Positions 48,720 through 61,790 of a DNA stretch of 64,000 nucleotides are shown one piece after another. The first letter of the stretch is position 1. Each line of letters starts with the position of its first letter. The stretch is from assembly GCA_964016885.1 (NCBI GenBank), contig OZ024742.1, forward strand, positions 356,872,001-356,936,000, written 5' to 3'. The translations under genes and the position numbers were made by a program. The notes under the pieces were generated by a model. The model was not told the DNA's origin, searched no databases, and saw only the letters and a program-made list of their open reading frames with translations. Source of the DNA: Eledone cirrhosa. Its lineage: Eukaryota.

Positions 48720-50872
48720 GACAGATTGTGTTTACACCAGGATTGACCCGTCGGACAAATGAAAATAAAAATAAAAATAAAAGCAAAAACAAAAACCATA
48801 ACCTACATAAAAATAACCACTACCACAGTCACCAACAGTCTCCTAAACAGGAAACTTCTCCCTCTTTTTTAGCCATAATGAATCTGGCAAAAGAACTGGA
48901 AAAAGACATTCGAGCTATCACCCAGCACCACCCTCCACTATCACCCCACTGCACAAACTCCCATTGCTGCCATTAACAAACAAACAAATTAACAACACAC
49001 CAAAACAATTAAAACAATCCACTTTCACCTCAACATTTTTGCTTAATGCCCAAGGCATCAGCCGTTCCACCAATACTCAAAAATGGAAGATCAAATTCCT
49101 GGAGGACTGGGTTGATGTCCATCCAAACCACATCCCTTTCTTCGTCCTCACTGAAACCCATCTCAGTAACCTCCACTTGGAAGCCGAGGTGAAAGTGAAA
49201 AATTTCAAAGCCATCCGTGCTGATCACGCTGGAAGAAGAAAGGGTGGGACTGCCATTTATGTCCATAATTCTTTCTCAACAGAGGCTATGAACATATTTT
49301 CTAATGGATACTGTGAAGCAGTCACTGTATCCAGTCAAACCAACAGCCTAATAGTAGTTGGGCTCTATAGGCCACCCCAAACGCCTCTACCATGCTTCAA
49401 GGAATGCCTCAACAGCATAAAGTGTTTCATCCAAGAGTGTCACCCTGACAACATCTTAATGATGGGGAACTTCAACCTCCCCGGAGTTGACTGGTCAACA
49501 AACAGCCTGCCACCAGGCTCTTCTGCCTCAACCTCTGACAGGGAAGCAGTGGAATCGCTTCTTGTCTTCATGGATGATTTCTTCCTGTCCCAACTGGTGC
49601 TCGAACCAACGAGGTGCCACAAAAACGTCCTAGACTTAATTTTCAGCAATCACACTGACACTATCCACAATATTGCAGTGGAGAAAACTCTACTCTCTGA
49701 TCATGACATGGTTCTCTATGATCTGAGATTCCACCGTCCAATATACAAACCCAATGTCATCTCTCCTGTCCATCCGTTTGATGCTATGGATTTCCACAAT
49801 GCAAACTGGGAAGCGATCAGTCATGATATTGCACATGTCGACTGGTCCTTCACGCACACTCACACACCCACTAACATCAAAAAGTCCTGGCAGACATTTG
49901 TGGACACTGTTACAAACATATGTGCAAAACACACCCCATTAAGAACTAGAAACAAATCTAAGAGCAGAATCCCTAGAAATAGAAAAACGCTCATCAGGAA
50001 AATTAAGAGAACTAACAAAAAAAATCAACAAGCTGAAATACCGTCAGCAGCAACACATCAACTTGACTGCTATTTCATCACTAGAGTTTAAAAAACATAA
50101 CCTCCAAAACAATATGATGTCTATCATCAACAATCAGAGAAGAGCTGAAGAGGCCTGGGCCATTGAGAAGATCAAACGCAATCCCAAAGTGTTCTTTTCA
50201 TTTGCAAAAAAACACAAAATCACTGGATCTACTGTTGGCCCTCTAATTGATGAAAATGGCACTCTTCAAGACAATTCTAAAACCATGGGTGAGATACTGC
50301 AGAAACAATACTGCTTTGTTTTCAGCAATCCTGATATGGCCGATCTGGGCTGTATCGGCGATGTTACTCCCCATTACACCTTATCGGACATAACGTTTGG
50401 CGCCCCTGATGTCTTAGCGGCAATAAAGGAAATCAAGCATAATTCAGCAGTAGGTCCCGATAGGTTCCCTGCTTGTGTCTTGAAGATGTGTCAACACGAA
50501 CTTGCATCTCCTCTTGCCAATCTGTGGCGGAACTCACTGGATGCTGGATATGTGCCAGAAAACTTTCTATCCCAGTCTGTTGTCTCAGTTTTCAAAAAAG
50601 GAAACAAATCTCTTGCCGTGAATTACCGTCCAATCTCACTCACCTCTCATATCATTAAGGTATTTGAGAGAGTGATGAGATCGCGAATGACTCACTTCCT
50701 TGAGAGTAACAATATGCTGAACTCCAACCAGCATGGATTCCGTAACGGAAGGGATTGCCTGACGCACCTACTGCATCAATTTGATGACATTTTGAGAGCC
50801 TTGGGTGAGGGTTCCAACACTGATGTTATCTACCTTGATTTCATCAAGGCTTTTGACAGGGTTGATCACAAC
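48720..50872 (+). mobile_element. CR1-type LINE ORF2 internal fragment (APE + N-terminal RT), 3'-truncated
   Basis: LLNAQG, VLTETHL, KGGTAIYV, GLYRPP, MGNFNLPGVDW, LDLIFSN, SDHDMV; KKGNKSLAVNYRPISLTS, QHGFRNGRDC, VIYLDFIKAFDRVDH. Frameshift near 50020. Confidence 0.9.
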
Positions 50873-51618
50873 ATTCAAGCAGCTGTGCTGGGACAGCAAG
50901 CAGCAAACAGCCACAGGAAACAAGTACCACCAATCTCTGGGAGGGCTCTGTAGAAACAGTAGACAGCTTCTGCTACCTAGGTGACTGAATTAGCAGCGGA
51001 GGTGGGTGTTCAGAAAGTACAATAACTAGGGTAAGAATGGGATGGAAGAAGTTCAGGGAACAACTGCCACTGCTAGCTGCAAAAGGCTTCTCCCTCAAAA
51101 TGAAAGGCAGACTGTATGATGCGTGTATCCGAACAGCAATGTTACATGGTAGTGAGACCTGGGCGCATCTGTGGAAGACTTACGTAGATTAGAAAGAAAT
51201 GAAGCCTGCATGCTCCGATGGATGTGTAATAGTAATATATGCGAACGGCAAAGCATAAATGAATTGAGAGAGAGACTGAGCATAAGAGGAATCAGATGCT
51301 GTGTGCAGGAGAGGCGGATGCGTTGGTATGGACATGTGATGCATATGAAGGATGACAGCTGCATAAAAAGGTACAGAGCACTAGAAGTCAATGGAAACCG
51401 CAGAGTAGGGGGACCCAAGAAGACCTGGGATGAAGTGATAAAACCCACTGTAAATGAGGTTGGTGTTAGGAAGGGCATCCAGCTGTAGAAACAAGCCAAA
51501 ATCAGTTCCTGTATGAGCAAGGCATGGTCAGCCGACCAGACACTGCCCACAACAGGACAACCCGTTTAACCCATGCTAGCATGAAAGAACGGACGTAAAA
51601 CGGTGATGATGATGACAT
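50873..51618 (+). mobile_element. Diverged RTE 3' fragment fused to the CR1 fragment
   Basis: ETVDSFCYLG...DLRRLERNEACMLRWMC...RMRWYGHV...GPKKTWDEVI; (GAT)n tail. Confidence 0.88.
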
Positions 51619-51963
51619 GATGGTATCCAATGATGTTGACTTGTTCTTCTTTTTGGTAAATATCATCTTGGTTAAGAGAGTGGGACTGGCTTTGTGCAGT
51701 GCCTTTGCTCACTATAAAAGCTTCACGGCACAGGCATTGCTTTATATCTGGAGATATCTCTGCACTTGTCATCACATGGTACCATGGGCCCAGCACTATG
51801 TGTCAATAATTGTCACAAGTGTAGTGTTTGTACCAGAGTTTTCAAGTCGCTGGCTGGACCAAAAAGTCACACTCGTTCAGCGCATCGGTAGGGGTTCTCC
51901 TACATGGATATAAAGTAGTGGCCGTACTCGAAAACGAGTTGGCAGCCACCATATATATATGTA

Positions 51964-52015
<52 letters not shown>

Positions 52016-52038
52016 TATATATATAAATATATATACAT

Positions 52039-52372
52039 GGAGGCACATGGCTTAGTGGTTAGAGCATCGGCCTTGCAATCGAAAGGTTGTGAGTTCAATT
52101 CTCAGACCGGGTGATGTGTTGTTTCCTTGAGCAAGACACTTTATTTCACATTGCTCCAGTTTACTCAGCTGTAGAAATGAGATGATAGGGACTGGGGTCT
52201 CTATCATTCCACTACAAAGTGGTCGTGGAGGTGCCACGGAAAAAAAGTACCCAGCACTCACTGTAAATGAGGTTGGTGTTAGGAAGGGCATCCAGCTGTA
52301 GAAATCAAGCCAGAATCAGTTCCCGTCCCACCCTTGCAAGCAGGGAAAAGCGGACGTAAAATGAAATGATGA
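52039..52372 (+). mobile_element. tRNA-headed CORE-type SINE with RTE-derived 3' tail
   Basis: A box tggcttagtgg, B box gagttcaattc, CORE-like ccttgagcaagacactttatttcacattgctccagtttactcagctgtagaaatgag, then RTE 3' UTR (ggtgttaggaagggcatccagctgtagaa) and gatgat tail. Confidence 0.8.
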
Positions 52373-52499
52373 TATATATATATATAATATATATATATAT
52401 ATATACATAAGCCCTCACAACCACCACCACAAACAACAACATCCATCATCACCACCATCATTACTACCATTCCTAGTACTTCTGCTGCTGCTTCGTGGC

Positions 52500-52645
52500 A
52501 TCATGTCATGTCCCTTTACGTTCTGAGGTCAAATCCTGTTGAGGTTAGCTTTGACTTTCATCCTTACGGGGTCAATTTAATGAAATTCCCCCTCCCCCTA
52601 AATTACTGGCCTTGTGCCTATAGTAGATATGATTATTATTATCAT
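52500..52645 (+). mobile_element. Nin/Deu-type SINE (diverged)
   Basis: ccctttacgttctgaggtcaaatcc...ctttcatccttacggggtcaat...ctggccttgtgcc. Confidence 0.75.
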
Positions 52646-52695
52646 TATATCATTATTACTAGTAGTGGCAGTAGAGTAGTAGTAGTAGTAGTAGA

Positions 52696-52729
<34 letters not shown>

Positions 52730-53442
52730 TTTTGCTATTAGAGTTTTTCTTTCCTCTGTGTAAAATTGCAGCTATCCTGTCTCCTTTTAGTAGATAATGT
52801 TAGAAGTAGCTCTGAAATATGTATCTATTCATTTATTTTTTTCATCCTCATGTATTGAATATAAATGCTATTTGTATGAAATTCATTGATTCCTTTAAAT
52901 ACATTTCCTTGGCCCAAGAGGACTGTATACATTCATTTTCACAGAATCATTATTAGTTCTTCAACGGTAATAAAACTATATTCCTATGAATTATTTGTTT
53001 AAAAAATTGAATGAGGAATTAATTTCTTCACGATATAAATATATTTCATATATGTGGAAGGAAGTATGGAGAAGGTGACAGAGAATATATCAGAGAAAAT
53101 ATTCTTAGATTTGGAATAACTTTTTCTTTCATTCTTCTACACTAAAGCCAATATCTGTTCGATTCCCTTGAGATAGGAATATTTTCAAAGTACTTTTCTC
53201 ATTAATGTACTTATTTGAAAATACTAATAACAAATAATATTTCAATTTATCAAAAGCATCTGATCTGAAGAATAGTTATGACTTAGGTGATAAGCTGACA
53301 GCTTCAAGACTATAATGAAAGAGTCGGAGAATTAGAAAGCAGAGTTGGCATTTGTGAAAATAAAAACTTGTTAATATTGATTCCCAGAGAGCACAGAGTT
53401 ATGTTTGTATTAAAAAAGAACTATTTCAAAATGTCTTCTTAG

Positions 53443-53506
53443 GAGCAAATGCTCTTGATAGTGCAGCTTCTCTTGCAGAAGAGCAATTCAATTTTCGTAC
53501 AGTCAT
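53443..53506 (+). CDS. Candidate internal exon (64 bp)
   Basis: Acceptor tcttcttag|, donor cat|gtgagt. Open as (G)ANALDSAASLAEEQFNFRTV or EQMLLIVQLLLQKSNSIFVQS; either frame is phase-compatible with the 5883-5958 candidate. Confidence 0.45.
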
Positions 53507-53699
53507 GTGAGTGTTTAAGTGATAGAATACATGTAGTTATTTGACCTTACTTCTCAAGTTGATACATACGCGCTGAAAAATTTGAAGTCAGGAAGCAAAG
53601 AAATAGAAGCAATACTATGAAAGATTTTATTAACTCTGAAAACGATGAAAAGAAAATTCATCTTAGTGGGATTTGAACTCAACATAGTGAGCCATACAC

Positions 53700-53852
53700 A
53701 TGGTGAATTGGCAGAGTTGTTAGAATATCAGAATGCTTTGTAGTAGTTGTTCTAGCTCTCTGCCTCTGAGTTCAAATCCCACCAAGGTCAACTTTGCCTT
53801 TCATGCAATTGTGGTCATTAACAAAAATACCAGTCTACTGCTGGGGTCGATT
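53700..53852 (+). mobile_element. Nin/Deu-type SINE (diverged)
   Basis: tggtgaattggcaga...ctgagttcaaatccc..caaggtcaactttgcctttcatgc...taccagt. Confidence 0.75.
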
Positions 53853-54143
53853 CTCTCTGTATGTCTCTTTCTCATTCCCATTCTCTCATTCTCTATCATA
53901 CTCTGGAAGAAATCTGCTGTGTTCAGACATGGAGAGAAGATGGGCTCCACTAAGTTTAAGAATGCCCCAGAAACACCATATTTTAATACAGCACCCCTAT
54001 GACTCTGTCAGGAGTTACGGGGCCATGCATAGTGGGCCGTAATAATTCTATCAAAGTATGACATCTGATACTCTACCAATTTGTCATCTTGTCTCACTGT
54101 AGATATGAATAAACATATTTGACTGTCTGATAGTTGAGTTTAA

Positions 54144-54349
54144 CCCTTTAGTATTTACTATTGTATTTTTCACGGTAAATACTTCATCTCACATCATTAT
54201 CCCACATAATATAAAAGCTATGAGATTTTGATATTATCTATTTTGAGAACAATATCTTAACATTGGTATGAGTGACAGATTACAGCAGGTTTAAACAGAA
54301 AGAGGCGAGAGAATTCTGGCCGGATATGGCCGGTTTAAATGCTAAAGGG
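54144..54349 (-). mobile_element. piggyBac-type MITE
   Basis: TTAA|CCCTTTAG...CTAAAGGG|TTAA; inverted homologue of 7751-7971. Confidence 0.85.
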
Positions 54350-55077
54350 TTAAGATAATGACAGTACTCTAACAGAGCTGGTAGTAGCCTCGGTCAGATG
54401 TGAACAATATACCCTATCTCATACTATCTATTAAGTATTCTAGTCAATTAATCAAGTTCTTGTAGCTGATTCTTGACTTCCAGCAAAATTGTTGAATTAT
54501 TGCTTTACAAATCTGTTTCTATTGACTCCAAGACCTTTTTAGTTACACCTCTGTTAACTATTTCTGCTACCAAGTGAAACCTAATGAAGGACTGGATGCT
54601 TGGAAAGGACAGGTGCACTGCCAAGTATTTCTAAGGTCAACTAAAATGCTATGGTAAACAAACAGTTGAAAATAAACAAGTTGGATCGTTCAAGGCCCTG
54701 AGACAACTACACTCTTCATTGCCATTCACCAGCATGAAGGCAACCAATGAACTACTGGGACGTTGACAACATTGACAAAGTATTTTAGTAATCAGTTCTA
54801 AATACATATGGTTTATATGTGTGTTATTGATATATATATATATGTCTACAGAATGTACTTATAAATAGAACGCCCTAGAATCTGGCCCATTTGACTTGAA
54901 CTCTGTTCTGAACAGGAGACAGATCCAACTGTAAGCTTTTTCTCAGAATTCCTTACACTTTTATATATCTGTGCAACAGCTTCAACTATTAAGTTATATG
55001 TTGAAGCCATAGTTGTGAAATAATTTGTTAACTTTAAAAATATATGAAAGTATAAAGTAGTAGTGTTAATATGAAGC

Positions 55078-55405
55078 ATTGCACCTTTTTGATTTCCATG
55101 TGTCTAACACACGTGGGCATGCCTACAAAGTCAGAAAACAGCACAGCTCCCATGACTTTCGAAAACATTTTTTCACACTCAGAGTTGCTGAAGCATGGAA
55201 CAAACTCCCTGCATCAGTTATTAGCTGTCGAGACATTGCATCCTATAAAACCTCCATGCTTCCTGAGATTCACCAACACTACACCTGATGTACCCCCTCC
55301 AAACACACACACACACTATACATGCACCTTTGATGAGTTGTAGTGCACCTGAGCACTGTACACAATAATTTCATTATTATTATTATTTTTTTTTTTATTA
55401 TTATT
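55078..55405 (+). mobile_element. CR1-type LINE 3' fragment
   Basis: SNTRGHAYKVRKQHSSHDFRKHFFTLRVAEAWNKLP plus (ATT)n tail. Confidence 0.9.
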
Positions 55406-55953
55406 ATATGTAATAAATGACTGATAAGTTTCAAAAAGCCTCAAGAATATATAAAATAAGACAAAAGAAAGTAATGTTTTACCTAGTACAACCTGATATT
55501 TGAGGACTATTTGAACCATTTCTACTTCACATTCGAAAAGTGGGTATTAGCCCTGAAATATCATAAGAAAAAAATATACAGTTCACAATCTGTACATATT
55601 AAAGGAATAAAGGCAAAGGAAAGAAGGAAAAAATTAAATAGTGAAATAAAAGCAAAATGGGGAGGGAGCCATAGACTCTAAACCCTAGTTTATGTGGTTT
55701 ATCTCAGCTCCACCCTGCAGACAAAATGGTAAAGACATTGCTGCAGAGAAGAACTTGCAACAGCCACTGCATCAGAAACTCTATGGGAGAGTTTCTTCAG
55801 GCAGAATGCACTTCTCAAGATGTTGTGGAGAACAACAAGCAGTTTGGCAACTGAGGACATTAATGGTCTCAATGGTGGCCAGCATTAAAAGGAAATGGTT
55901 GGTGAAATCTTGGTATTTAGCTATCTTCCAATCCTCCACAATATGCATGGCAG

Positions 55954-56249
55954 CAGTGTTGGATTTAGACCTTGGGGCTCAGGGCACGTCAGGTTTTGGG
56001 GCCCCCTCTTACACAGAAAATTACAATACACAGCAAACCCCCCAATTTCGCATATCAAAGTTAGCTTGGCACAAGTAATTGGAATTAAAAAGTGACATAC
56101 AGTTATTAAATTCAACAGTTATATCCATCCTAAAACTAAAAAGCCCAGCTGAGGGCACAAATAACTTGCTATGGCTGTTGCTGGTGAGGTCCCCACTGCA
56201 CAGAGCCTGGGGCAGTTTCCCGCCTTTGCCTCCAATAAAACCGGTTCTG
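55954..56249 (+). mobile_element. hAT-like MITE
   Basis: cagtgttggattta...taaaaccggttctg; homologous to 25295-25584. Confidence 0.6.
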
Positions 56250-56779
56250 GGTGGAAGAGCCTGCTTTTGTATTTAGAGTTTAAATATACAGTCCCAATAG
56301 TTTAAACTCTCCATATAGTCTTGATATTTCTTGACTAAACAACTTTAGTTTTCTCTCTCTATTTAGGAGAAATAAACTTGAATGTGGCAACGCTTTAGTG
56401 GTAAAATACTAGAAATACAGGAAAATAATGAGTTTTTGTTGGCCTACTGAGATAATTCAAAATTTTCTTGTCACACAAATGAAGTGGAAATCTAAGAATC
56501 TTATTGGTTTAAGTCTGGCAATGTTTATTACATGAGAAATCATGGTCAGCAGACAGCAACTTCTTATTGTCTTAGGCTAGTTCAATATATTACTAATAGG
56601 AAAATGAAATTACAACTATAATAAAACAAAATAACTGTTTATTTATCTTATCTGTTGGTCAAATGATAAGTCATAGACTCTTTCCAATTAGACGATTGAT
56701 TCAACATATCTAACCCAATGAATTTCTACTCTGCTACCATATTGATATTGTCATTTTCTTTACACTTTTATTTCTATGG

Positions 56780-56824
<45 letters not shown>

Positions 56825-56868
56825 AACCCCCTCTCTCTTAACCCCTCTCTCTTCACTCCCTCCCTTCT

Positions 56869-56906
<38 letters not shown>

Positions 56907-57480
56907 AACCCCCTCTCTCTTAACACCCTCTCTCTTCACTCCCTCTTTTCTCAAACCCTCTCTTCATGCTTCTCTCTCCAACCCCTCTCTCTTCAACCCC
57001 CTCTCTATTAACCCCCTCTCTCTTAACTCCCTCTCTCTTCACTCCCTCTCTTCTCAAACCCTCTCTTCACGCCCCCCCCTCCACAAATGATAGAGTTAAA
57101 AGAATCCTAATGACTCTTTAAGAAAGTAAACCTGTCACTATGGTCATTATTCCAACCAAACCATTGTCATCATAATGGTTTGTCATGATCAGCCTCTACT
57201 CAGGGAATTCTCATTTTTCTCTCTTCCTCCTCCTCCCCTTCTCCCTCCACATCCTCATTCCTCCACTTTCTCCACTTCCTCTTTCTCCTCTTCCTCTTTT
57301 TCTTCCTCTTTTTCTTCCTCTTTCCCTTCCTCCCCCTTCCCCTTTCTCCTCATCTTCCCCCGCCTCCACTTCTCCACCTTATTCTTTTTCTCCTCTTATT
57401 TTTCCTCTTTCCCTTCCTTCTCTACCCGCCCCTCCTCCTCCTCCTCCTCCTCCTCCACCACCCTGCCTACTCCTCTCATC
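56780..57480. repeat. (CT)n / pyrimidine-rich low-complexity tracts
   Basis: CT microsatellite, aaccccctctctctt subrepeats and a CCT-rich tract. Confidence 0.9.
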
Positions 57481-58410
57481 AACCATATTCTACCCTCATC
57501 ACACCCTACATTAACAGCTCTGCTCAGTCTTTCTTCTTCAGAATGTCAGTCCCCATCAATTCCCTTCCTACACATATATTCTATCAGTCACCAACTTGCA
57601 ACTGTTATAGAAGTGTTATAACCACACCAACCTTACTGTCTTGGAAGGTTAAATCAATAATTCTTGCAGTCAAAGGCAAAGTGTTAACTGTGAGATTCAT
57701 GTAACCTGTTTGGCTTTTTCAATAGTGTGCCTAAATAAAAAGTGCCTGGTTATTTTTTTAGTATTGCAGCCCACTTTATGATGAACCTTGTCTCATGTGG
57801 CCCAAGGTTGACTCATTTTCCTCACCTCTTCCTCTCATCAAGCATATTGTATCATATGATTCTCTGCTCAAAATATGTTGCCCATGCTTGCTGTAGACAT
57901 ACGTTCAACATCATTTCTTGTCTTAGCAATAGCATATTTATTTATTCTGCTCCAGTCCTACATCTTCAAAGCTTAGCACTTATCTAGCATTCAAATATGG
58001 TCTTATCAAATGTAAGAGGGAACTTTGGAGAGTTTTATGTTAAAAGATCAGCCAATGCCATATGCTACAATGGTTTCATTGCCTGGTGTACATTGTTAAA
58101 GACATGTCACAAAGGAAGTGTTTTAGTTTACATAGATGTTAAGCAGGAATATTATCAGGGGAGGTTATGCTTCTGAAATGATACACTGATTTCTCTCTAT
58201 CCTTTATCCCAAACCTGAACAGTTGATATTTGTTAGCTGCATACATATATTTATTCTTTTTAGGTTCTCATTGATAAGTTTAAAATTTGGAAAAGAATCA
58301 TGCCTACAGTAGATTGAAATCTATAATTTCTAAATGTGTATAAAAATTTCAAAATAACTTTTTCATCAATGTTGGTATAGTCACCTCCCTCTCTCTCTCT
58401 CTCTTATAAG

Positions 58411-58608
58411 CATATGGGAGCCCATGCGCTGGCCACCCTGCAGCCTCGGTGGATAGAAAGGAGAAAAGGTTTCGCCAGAGGATGGTGACAGAGATATGTC
58501 AGAAGAGCCATTCCAGCTTGCAAGGTTCACGCCTGCAGGTAGCTAACTCTGTGCCGATAGTCGTGAGTAGAGAGGTGGCCCTAGGGCCAAAGACACCATG
58601 GCAAAAGG
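58411..58608 (+). CDS. Candidate exon (198 bp) of an unidentified gene
   Basis: GC-rich island after a long polypyrimidine tract ending ataag|; consensus donor AGG|GTAAGT. One frame is fully open (YGSPCAGHPAASVDRKEKRFRQRM...GPKTPWQK) and the length is divisible by 3. Confidence 0.5.
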
Positions 58609-59879
58609 GTAAGTTGTAGCAATTCTTACTTCTATCAAGAACACCGTATAAGAATGTATAGGTATGTTTTTATATATCTTCTACTCAAACATTTAGATCT
58701 TGGAGATATTAACTTGTAACCTAGATTCACAGCTACATTTCCATACACAGAAACACTAGAAAAACTTATTGATGGGTTTAACCATTATATAATATGTCAT
58801 AAGATAACTCTCCTAATTGTATGTGCTTTGAATATTGTGATAAAATCTCCATCAAAATCGTGAAGAACGAAGAATCTTAATATAAATATCTGATGCACTC
58901 CAATACTCATATCAAATTCAGAATCAGACATTTTGTTCCCCAAAACAACAACTAGAAGTAATTAGAATTAAAGAGACGACCTACTCTTTAGCATTTGATA
59001 GCATGCAATTGATTTGAAGATAAATAGAATTATTTTTATCATTATATCCGAATTGTACTAACTATTTAAAATGTCTCTAAAGTGCATGTTTGCAGTTCAC
59101 TAAAAATCTTCTAAAGAAAACGAAAGAAAAAAAATCTATTCACAGAAATTCAGGTTATTTTTTTTATATCTCCAAATATTTTGTTTAAAAGCTGAAGTTT
59201 ATTTCCATTGTATGAGATTGGAATTGTTTGCTCAAATAAACAGAGTGTGAATATGCTGAGATGGGTGTGCATGAGATAGACACATTGCCAATTTAATATG
59301 TTAATGAATTAAGTCAGAAGAAATTCAGTTAATTAAAATGTTAATTATTTATTGTGAGAAACAGAGAGCTTTTCACAGCTGGTATCCTAATCAACTTCAG
59401 TCAATGCTTCTATGATGAAATATTGTAGTTAAAGACGGACTGTATTTAGATTGGGATTGTATGTTTAAAATTATGTGAAATATGTTTAAATAAGTGTGAA
59501 TATATCTTACTTGTTATCATCTTATCTTTTTCTGTGTATCAAAATAAATTAATATAGTTTTATAGATTTTATGAAAAGTTTAAATAGCTCAATCTAATGA
59601 TCTCTCTCTCTTTCTTTCTTTTTTTGTCTGTCATTCTGCCTCTTTCTCTCTCTTTCTTTCTCTCTCAAGACACCTTTTGTTGTGTAAATTTTTTTATCAA
59701 AGAGAAATTTAAAATTCTGTGTATTTTCTGATATAAAAATTAATAACTTCCGAGTTTTTTAATATTGATTATTCCTTTCCTTCATATCCGAGATATTATT
59801 TTACAGTTCAGTGTTTTCATACTACTCAATTAAGAATTACGAGTAGAATTTATTTTTATTCAGATAAGTAAAGCATTAA

Positions 59880-60087
59880 CCCTTTAGCATTTAAACCGGC
59901 GATATCCAGCCACAATTCTCCCATTCCTTTCTGTTCTAATTTGTCATAACTGGCCACTCATACTGATGTTAAGGTATTGTTTTCAAAATAAATAATATCA
60001 AAATCTCATAGATTCGATATTAAGTGAGATAAAGCCTTTACTATGAAAATATGATAATAAATAGAGTAATGCAAATGCTATAAAGTG
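59880..60087 (+). mobile_element. piggyBac-type MITE (right TIR decayed)
   Basis: TTAA|CCCTTTAGCATTTAAACC; internal sequence colinear with 7751-7971. Confidence 0.8.
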
Positions 60088-60284
60088 TTAAAGTAACAGA
60101 AAGAAATTCAACAAAACTTGTTTAAACCTGTGACTTCCAAACTTCTGAATGATTTGCAGCCTTTATAATGGTGTCCTGGAACAAATCTGAAAATCAAATC
60201 AAATCATATATTCAAAACATAATATTGTGTCTGTAAATCTATCTTTTATGACTATCAACTTTTATGTCACACAAATATGTAAAT

Positions 60285-60730
60285 GTACCCAAGAAGACCC
60301 GGGATGAGGTGATAAAAGCCAACCATACCTTAATTACACCTCTCAAAGGAGATGAAACGTGACTGTGACCTCTGGCATCACACAGTAATACAGAAGACCT
60401 GACCCCTCACGCGTACAAGCTGAAGCTGAAGAATATAGACAATATGCCCCCACACCCTCCCACTACAAAGTGGTTGTGGAGGTGTCACGACAAAAAAGCA
60501 CCCAGCCCACACTGTAAAGTGGACGTGTAGGCGCCACGGAAAAAGAACTCGCAGCACTCACTGTAAATGAGATTGGTGTTAGGAAGGGCATCCAGCTGTA
60601 GAAATCAAGCCAGAATCAGTTCCCGTATGAGCAAGGCAAGGTCAGCCGACCAGACACTGCCCACAACAGGACAACCCGTCTAACCCATGCTAACGTGGAA
60701 GAACGGACATAAAACGGTGATGATGATGAC
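60285..60730 (+). mobile_element. RTE 3' end fragment
   Basis: PKKTRDEVIK...DLWHHTVIQKT, 3' UTR and (GAT)n tail. Confidence 0.85.
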
Positions 60731-60785
60731 TTCCAATGATCATATGGGACATAGGTGATAAACATTCATCTATATATATATACAT

Positions 60786-60992
60786 ATCATCATCATCACC
60801 ATTTTACATCCGCTTTTCCCTGCTTGCCAGGGTGGGACGGGTCCTATTCAGCATCTCTCTACTTGTCACGGTCCTTCGTCATCTCCTCTGTGAGCTTCAG
60901 CAATCTGAGGTCTGCTCTCACCACCTCTGCCCATGTTTTCCGTGGTCTTCCTCTACTGCGTCTTCCTTCAACTGGGAATTCTTGGCACTTCT
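60786..60992 (-). mobile_element. RTE 3' end fragment (opposite orientation)
   Basis: Minus strand KCQEFPVEGRRSRGRPRKTWAEVV; tail cagggaaaagcggatgtaaaatggtgatgatg. Confidence 0.8.
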
Positions 60993-61594
60993 CATATATA
61001 TAATTATAAAATTATTCATTCTGTCAGATTAAGAAAAAGATCTTTAAATGAACTTCTGTGCATTTCTGCCTTCACCTTTCAACTATAACCTTTGTTTTGT
61101 ATGGAATTTACCCCTTTTCAACTATATATATAAGTATATATATATATCATCGTTTAACCTCCATTTTCCACACTAACATGTAACACACTAATCTCTTAGT
61201 CATTCTACCTGGATTTCTATGCTATATATCTCGCACCAATATTTTCATTAATTTACTAGTTTCAATCAATCAATAGCAGCCATGTTGGAGTTCAACTTTA
61301 ATGGGATTTAGTTGATCATATTTAACCCAGGACTTATTTTTACAAGTCTGGTAGTTAATTGATCACTTTTTATTGAATTGCTAAGTTACAGAACATAAAA
61401 ACGCACACATGCACGCATGCACACATTTCCTGGAGAGAAAGGTAGAAGTGACTTTGAGGCTTCAGTGACTGCCTCAGGAATACATCAAAACTTCCAAATG
61501 CCATTTTTTTCTTCAGAAAATAATTCATCTGCTTTGGAACCATGTTTCTTTTCAAGCAGGCCTTTTTCTCTAACTTACATCCTAAAGACAAATA

Positions 61595-61790
61595 ATCATC
61601 ATCACTGTTTAATGTCCATGTTCTACACTAGCATGGGTAGGACAGGTTGTCCCATTGTGAGAGGTCCAGCTCATAGAACTGTGTATTGCTCCCACAGAAC
61701 TGATTTTGTCTTAGACTCTACAGCTGGATGCCCTTTCTAACACTAACACCATTTACATTGTATGCTGGGTGCTTTTTGTCATGACACCTA
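61595..61790 (-). mobile_element. RTE 3' UTR/tail leading directly into the 48-bp satellite
   Basis: catcatcactgtttaatgtcc...ctagcatggg..gacaggttgtccc...tctacagctggatgccctt.ctaacac. Confidence 0.8.

Noticed and set aside
51810-51890. C2H2-like motif CSVCTRVFKSLAGPKSHTRSAH
   Set aside because: Isolated and without splice support; more likely the C-terminal finger of a decayed LINE than a host zinc-finger gene.
52039-52112. Possible tRNA gene
   Set aside because: A and B boxes are present but no proper acceptor stem, and it continues into a SINE body.
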